Virus genome (UHGV): UHGV-0027446
Reading direction: 5' to 3' (one strand)
Length of the DNA stretch: 44,346 nt
Source: a virus
The notes beneath the pieces are model-generated. The model had not been told where the DNA came from. It worked only from the letters and a program-made list of their open reading frames with translations, and did not search any database. Shown in pieces: positions 41,017 to 44,346 of the stretch. Both the position numbers and the translations under genes were made by a program. Numbering within the stretch: position 1 is the first letter of the stretch; the number at the start of each line of letters is the position of its first letter.

Positions 41017-43273
41017 TACCGCTAGCTTGATAGTACGAGTATCCTCGACCGGCGTCGATAAAACCACATCACAACTGAACGGACTTACCAAGGCGGCTGG
41101 CGCTGCCGCTGCTGCCGTTGTCAGTCTGGAAACCGCTAAGCAGGTGTTCAGTGCGCTGGTGGACTCTCAGCGCAACTTCGATAAGCTGAACTCCGGCCTC
41201 ATCACAATGACTGGAAGCGCAGAGAACGCGGCTAAGGCTTTCAGCGTCCTGCAACAGTTCGCAAAAGAGACCCCGTACGGTCTCAATCAGGCGGTCGAGG
41301 GCTTCACTAAACTTGTAGCCCTCGGTCTTAACCCCAGCAAAGAGGCGTTAATCTCCTACGGCAACACCGCGGCGGCTATGGGTAAAGACCTTAATCAGAT
41401 GATTGAGGCAGTCGCCGACGCCAGTACATTCGAATTTGAGCGCTTAAAAGAGTTCGGCATCAAGTCGTCGCAACAGGCGGATACAGTTTCTTTCACGTTC
41501 CGTGGTGTTACTACCACGGTTAAAAAGAACTCCGAAGAGATTCAGAAATACCTGTTAAACATCGGTAACACTGATTTCGCCGGGGCGATGGAGACGCGCT
41601 CGAAGACATTAGACGGCCAGTTATCGAGCCTCGCGGACTCTTTCGATGGCCTTGTACTTGCGGTGGCGCAATCAGGTTTCGGCGACGCCGTAGGTGAGCA
41701 AGCCGCGAGAGCGGAAGATGCTATCACAGCACTCACCGACGCTATCGCGTCTAATGAGATCACCGCCACGCTCCAGGATTGGGTGACACTGTTCAATGAA
41801 TCGTTCAAGTTTATTTCTGATGCCTTAAACGACCTGGCATACGATACTGAGGACAAATCCGCTGATATGTCCGATTCGCTGGGTACTATACCAGACGCTA
41901 TCCGTGAGTGGTTGCCCGACATCCAGCAGACGTTCCACGAGGTTATTGCGTGGTTCCAGCGCATTGACGATTACGCCGTAGCGCTTGGCCAGACCCTCGC
42001 CGACGTGTTTGACCCGAGCAAAACGGCAGCGCTCACATTTAAAAAACTGACTGCAGAGGCTGATGCTGCATACGACGCCAGCATAAAACGCGCAGAGGCA
42101 GAATCACAGGCCATTACCAACAGGTCTAAGCAGCGTAAGAAAGAAATTGAGGAACAGCGCAAGCAGTACAATGAGCGCAAGAAGCAAGAGATTGACTTAG
42201 CCAGCCTTGTTAATGGGAAGGGCGGAAAGGGCGGAACTGGCGGAACCGGAAATACCAACGACAAAGACGCGAAAGCCGCCGCTAAGAAAGCAGAACAATT
42301 GCGTAAACAGGCCCAGGATTATCTGGACACTTTGGCCCGTCAGAATAACGACGAGTTAAAGGCAATTGACGCGCAGGAACAGCAGAAACTGGCTAAAGCA
42401 AAAGAGTTTTACAGTCAGGGCGCGTTGTCTCTGAAAGAATACGAGCAAGCTAAAACGGCTATTGTCCTCGAAGCAGGGCAAAAACGACAAGATGAACTGG
42501 ATAAACGCCAGAAAGAAGCCCAGGAAAAGCAGCAGAGCGCCGATGCATATGTGGCCCAACTGCAAGCCAGCTTCGAAGGTGAATCCGCAGAGCTTGACCG
42601 CCAGTATCAGATAAAGCAGGATAAGCTGGACAAGTTCCACGAAGAAGGATTGATTAGTGAGGAAACGTACCAGAACGCTCTTGCTGACCTGCGTAAACAA
42701 AAATCAGATGCACTAATCGAAGATGACCTGTCGACCTGGGGTACTATTGCCGCTAATGTTAAAAATGCCTCACGCGAGAACACCGCTTTGTATAAAGCCG
42801 CGGCTATCACGGAGGCCACCATTTCCACATACCTGGCGGCGAACAAAGCACTGGCAACTGGCGGCCCAATCCTCGGCCCAATCCTCGCGGCGTCGGCGGT
42901 TGCGCTCGGTCTGGCTAACGTGGCTAAAATAAGTTCCGCCCGTGAGCAGGGTGGTCAGTTATCCGCAGGCCAGATGTCTACCGTCGCGGAACGCGGCAAA
43001 CCCGAGGTTATCATGCCCGCGGGTGCATCGCGTGTGCGCACCGCGCAGCAGATGAAAGAGATTATGGGGCAAAACGGCGGCGGCCCGTCCGGCGGCGATA
43101 ACGTCACCATCGTCAACAACACCACCGGACGTGTAGATTCCGCGGTAACAGAACGTGATGACGAAGGGCGTTTACGTATTATAATCAGTGAAACAGTAGC
43201 GTCGCAGTTACAGGATAACAACTCACCGATTTCTAAAGCTCGCCGCTCTACTCGCGGTCAGCCGGGGTATTGA
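41009..43273 (+). CDS. tail tape measure protein
   Basis: ~755-codon ORF, Ala/Gln/Lys-rich coiled-coil, Gly-rich GKGGKGGTGGTG segment, after G/T chaperone pair. Confidence 0.8.
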   Translation: MADTASLIVRVSSTGVDKTTSQLNGLTKAAGAAAAAVVSLETAKQVFSALVDSQRNFDKLNSGLITMTGSAENAAKAFSVLQQFAKETPYGLNQAVEGFTKLVALGLNPSKEALISYGNTAAAMGKDLNQMIEAVADASTFEFERLKEFGIKSSQQADTVSFTFRGVTTTVKKNSEEIQKYLLNIGNTDFAGAMETRSKTLDGQLSSLADSFDGLVLAVAQSGFGDAVGEQAARAEDAITALTDAIASNEITATLQDWVTLFNESFKFISDALNDLAYDTEDKSADMSDSLGTIPDAIREWLPDIQQTFHEVIAWFQRIDDYAVALGQTLADVFDPSKTAALTFKKLTAEADAAYDASIKRAEAESQAITNRSKQRKKEIEEQRKQYNERKKQEIDLASLVNGKGGKGGTGGTGNTNDKDAKAAAKKAEQLRKQAQDYLDTLARQNNDELKAIDAQEQQKLAKAKEFYSQGALSLKEYEQAKTAIVLEAGQKRQDELDKRQKEAQEKQQSADAYVAQLQASFEGESAELDRQYQIKQDKLDKFHEEGLISEETYQNALADLRKQKSDALIEDDLSTWGTIAANVKNASRENTALYKAAAITEATISTYLAANKALATGGPILGPILAASAVALGLANVAKISSAREQGGQLSAGQMSTVAERGKPEVIMPAGASRVRTAQQMKEIMGQNGGGPSGGDNVTIVNNTTGRVDSAVTERDDEGRLRIIISETVASQLQDNNSPISKARRSTRGQPGY

Positions 43274-43276
43274 TTA

Positions 43277-43771
43277 ATGGGCGATTTGAGATTCCCTATG
43301 TCCCTTCGCCCGATAGTGTCGAAGGGGTACTCCCAAACGCGAGGGAGTAATATCTGGCGTACAGAAGTTCAGGGCGGCTTACCCCGCCAGGGGCGAGACA
43401 CGTACTTCGAGCCGGTTCCTATTAGCGTAACGCTTGTCGTGTCTTCTCTCGGGCGCCAGGCGTTTTATAGCTTCCTGAACAACATCGACGGCGGGGCGTC
43501 CTCGTTTATCATGCCGCATGATACGGGTATGGGCATCGAGGACCACCTGGTACTCATCACCTCAACGATTAGTGACAGCACCGACGACGGCAAGAACTGG
43601 GTAATCTCGTTCACTGCTACAGCGGAGCGAACAGCGATTCAGGAAGATACCTGCCTTACTAAGAATCTACCGGATTTGTTCGGTTGTTATGGCGATTGCT
43701 TAGGTGGGTTCCTTAAAGCCTATGGAGCCGCGCAATCAACGTTTCCACGAATTTGGGACCCGATGCAATGA
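43277..43771 (+). CDS. minor tail protein (distal tail, gpM-like position)
   Basis: First gene after tape measure; synteny. Confidence 0.45.
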   Translation: MGDLRFPMSLRPIVSKGYSQTRGSNIWRTEVQGGLPRQGRDTYFEPVPISVTLVVSSLGRQAFYSFLNNIDGGASSFIMPHDTGMGIEDHLVLITSTISDSTDDGKNWVISFTATAERTAIQEDTCLTKNLPDLFGCYGDCLGGFLKAYGAAQSTFPRIWDPMQ

Positions 43772-44283
43772 GTCAGGAATCAGTAGAAGCAGCCTATCGC
43801 CGTAAACTGGCATCTAACCCCGACGGCGAACTGGACTACATTACGCTTGAAATAACGCACCCGCTTCTCTCGAAGCGGTGGTTGCTTGTGCGCGGTACGT
43901 CTGACCTTACCGCTACTCTTGAAACCGGGGAAACTGTTACGTTCGAGGCCACGCCTATGGACGCCAAGAACGCCGCGAACAATAATGACATGGACCAGAC
44001 AGCATCATTCTCGCTGCCGGATGTTCTTAACATTCTTGATGAAGAAATGGACCGCATCCCGTATAGCAATACAGAGCTACCTAAATTCATATTCCGCCGT
44101 TATGTAAGCACCGACCTGTCGTACCCGTGCGATGGCCCGGTGGTATACGAGTTGCAGACTTTGACGCAAGAAAAAGGCGTGTTCACCGCAGAGACCGGAA
44201 CACCTATGCTAAACCAAAGGCAGACCGGAATCCTTATGACGCCGGAAGAAATACCGCTGTTGCGTGGGGTTCTTTTGTCATGA
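43768..44283 (+). CDS. minor tail protein (gpL-like position)
   Basis: ATGA coupling to previous gene; synteny. Confidence 0.45.
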   Translation: MSQESVEAAYRRKLASNPDGELDYITLEITHPLLSKRWLLVRGTSDLTATLETGETVTFEATPMDAKNAANNNDMDQTASFSLPDVLNILDEEMDRIPYSNTELPKFIFRRYVSTDLSYPCDGPVVYELQTLTQEKGVFTAETGTPMLNQRQTGILMTPEEIPLLRGVLLS

Positions 44284-44346
44284 GTATCATCGACTATACG
44301 GGAATCCCTTATGACTTCCGTCGTTACAATTGTTGGCATCACGTGC
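44280..44346 (+). CDS. NlpC/P60-like tail assembly protein, N-terminal part (truncated by window end)
   Basis: MSIIDYTGIPYDFRRYNCWHHV...; ATGA coupled to previous gene; frame continues into positions 1..299. Confidence 0.4.
   Translation, partial: MSIIDYTGIPYDFRRYNCWHHV

Noticed and set aside
1-44346. tRNA genes, CRISPR repeats, integrase/attachment site, reverse transcriptase
   Set aside because: None recognised by eye; the non-coding regions are explained by promoters, terminators and the R1/R2 elements.

Overview
The window reads as a complete or near-complete ~44.3 kb genome of a tailed dsDNA phage of a Gram-negative host (sigma70-type promoters, Rz/Rz1 spanins, lipobox). No tRNA, CRISPR array or integrase was seen. 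Layout: (1) tail module on the plus strand from ~40.2 kb, running off the window end and apparently continuing in-frame at the window start to ~4.9 kb (chaperones, tape measure, minor tail proteins, gpJ-like fibre, beta-helix tailspike); (2) replication module on the minus strand, 5.0-17.9 kb (SF2 helicase, Toprim protein, VRR-NUC, family-A DNA polymerase, SSB-like protein, RecB/Cas4-like exonuclease, primase/helicase); (3) plus-strand block of small genes with holin and endolysin, 18.3-24.5 kb; (4) packaging, head, neck and tail-tube genes, 24.6-38.4 kb. Three opposite-strand insertions interrupt the structural block: a zinc-ribbon nuclease-like gene (27.9-29.3 kb), a small gene (30.9-31.2 kb) and a three-gene cassette with an Imm-like membrane protein and an HTH-fused metallophosphoesterase (38.5-40.1 kb). 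The most unusual feature is an intein inside motif B of the DNA polymerase, with an HNH homing endonuclease encoded in a different reading frame across the intein centre. Also notable are a ~150-nt promoter-plus-leader element present in two copies 13 kb apart, and two promoter families with conserved spacers. All calls are from reading the sequence and ORF track by eye; no database search was run, and hand-indexed regulatory coordinates may be off by 1-2 nt.
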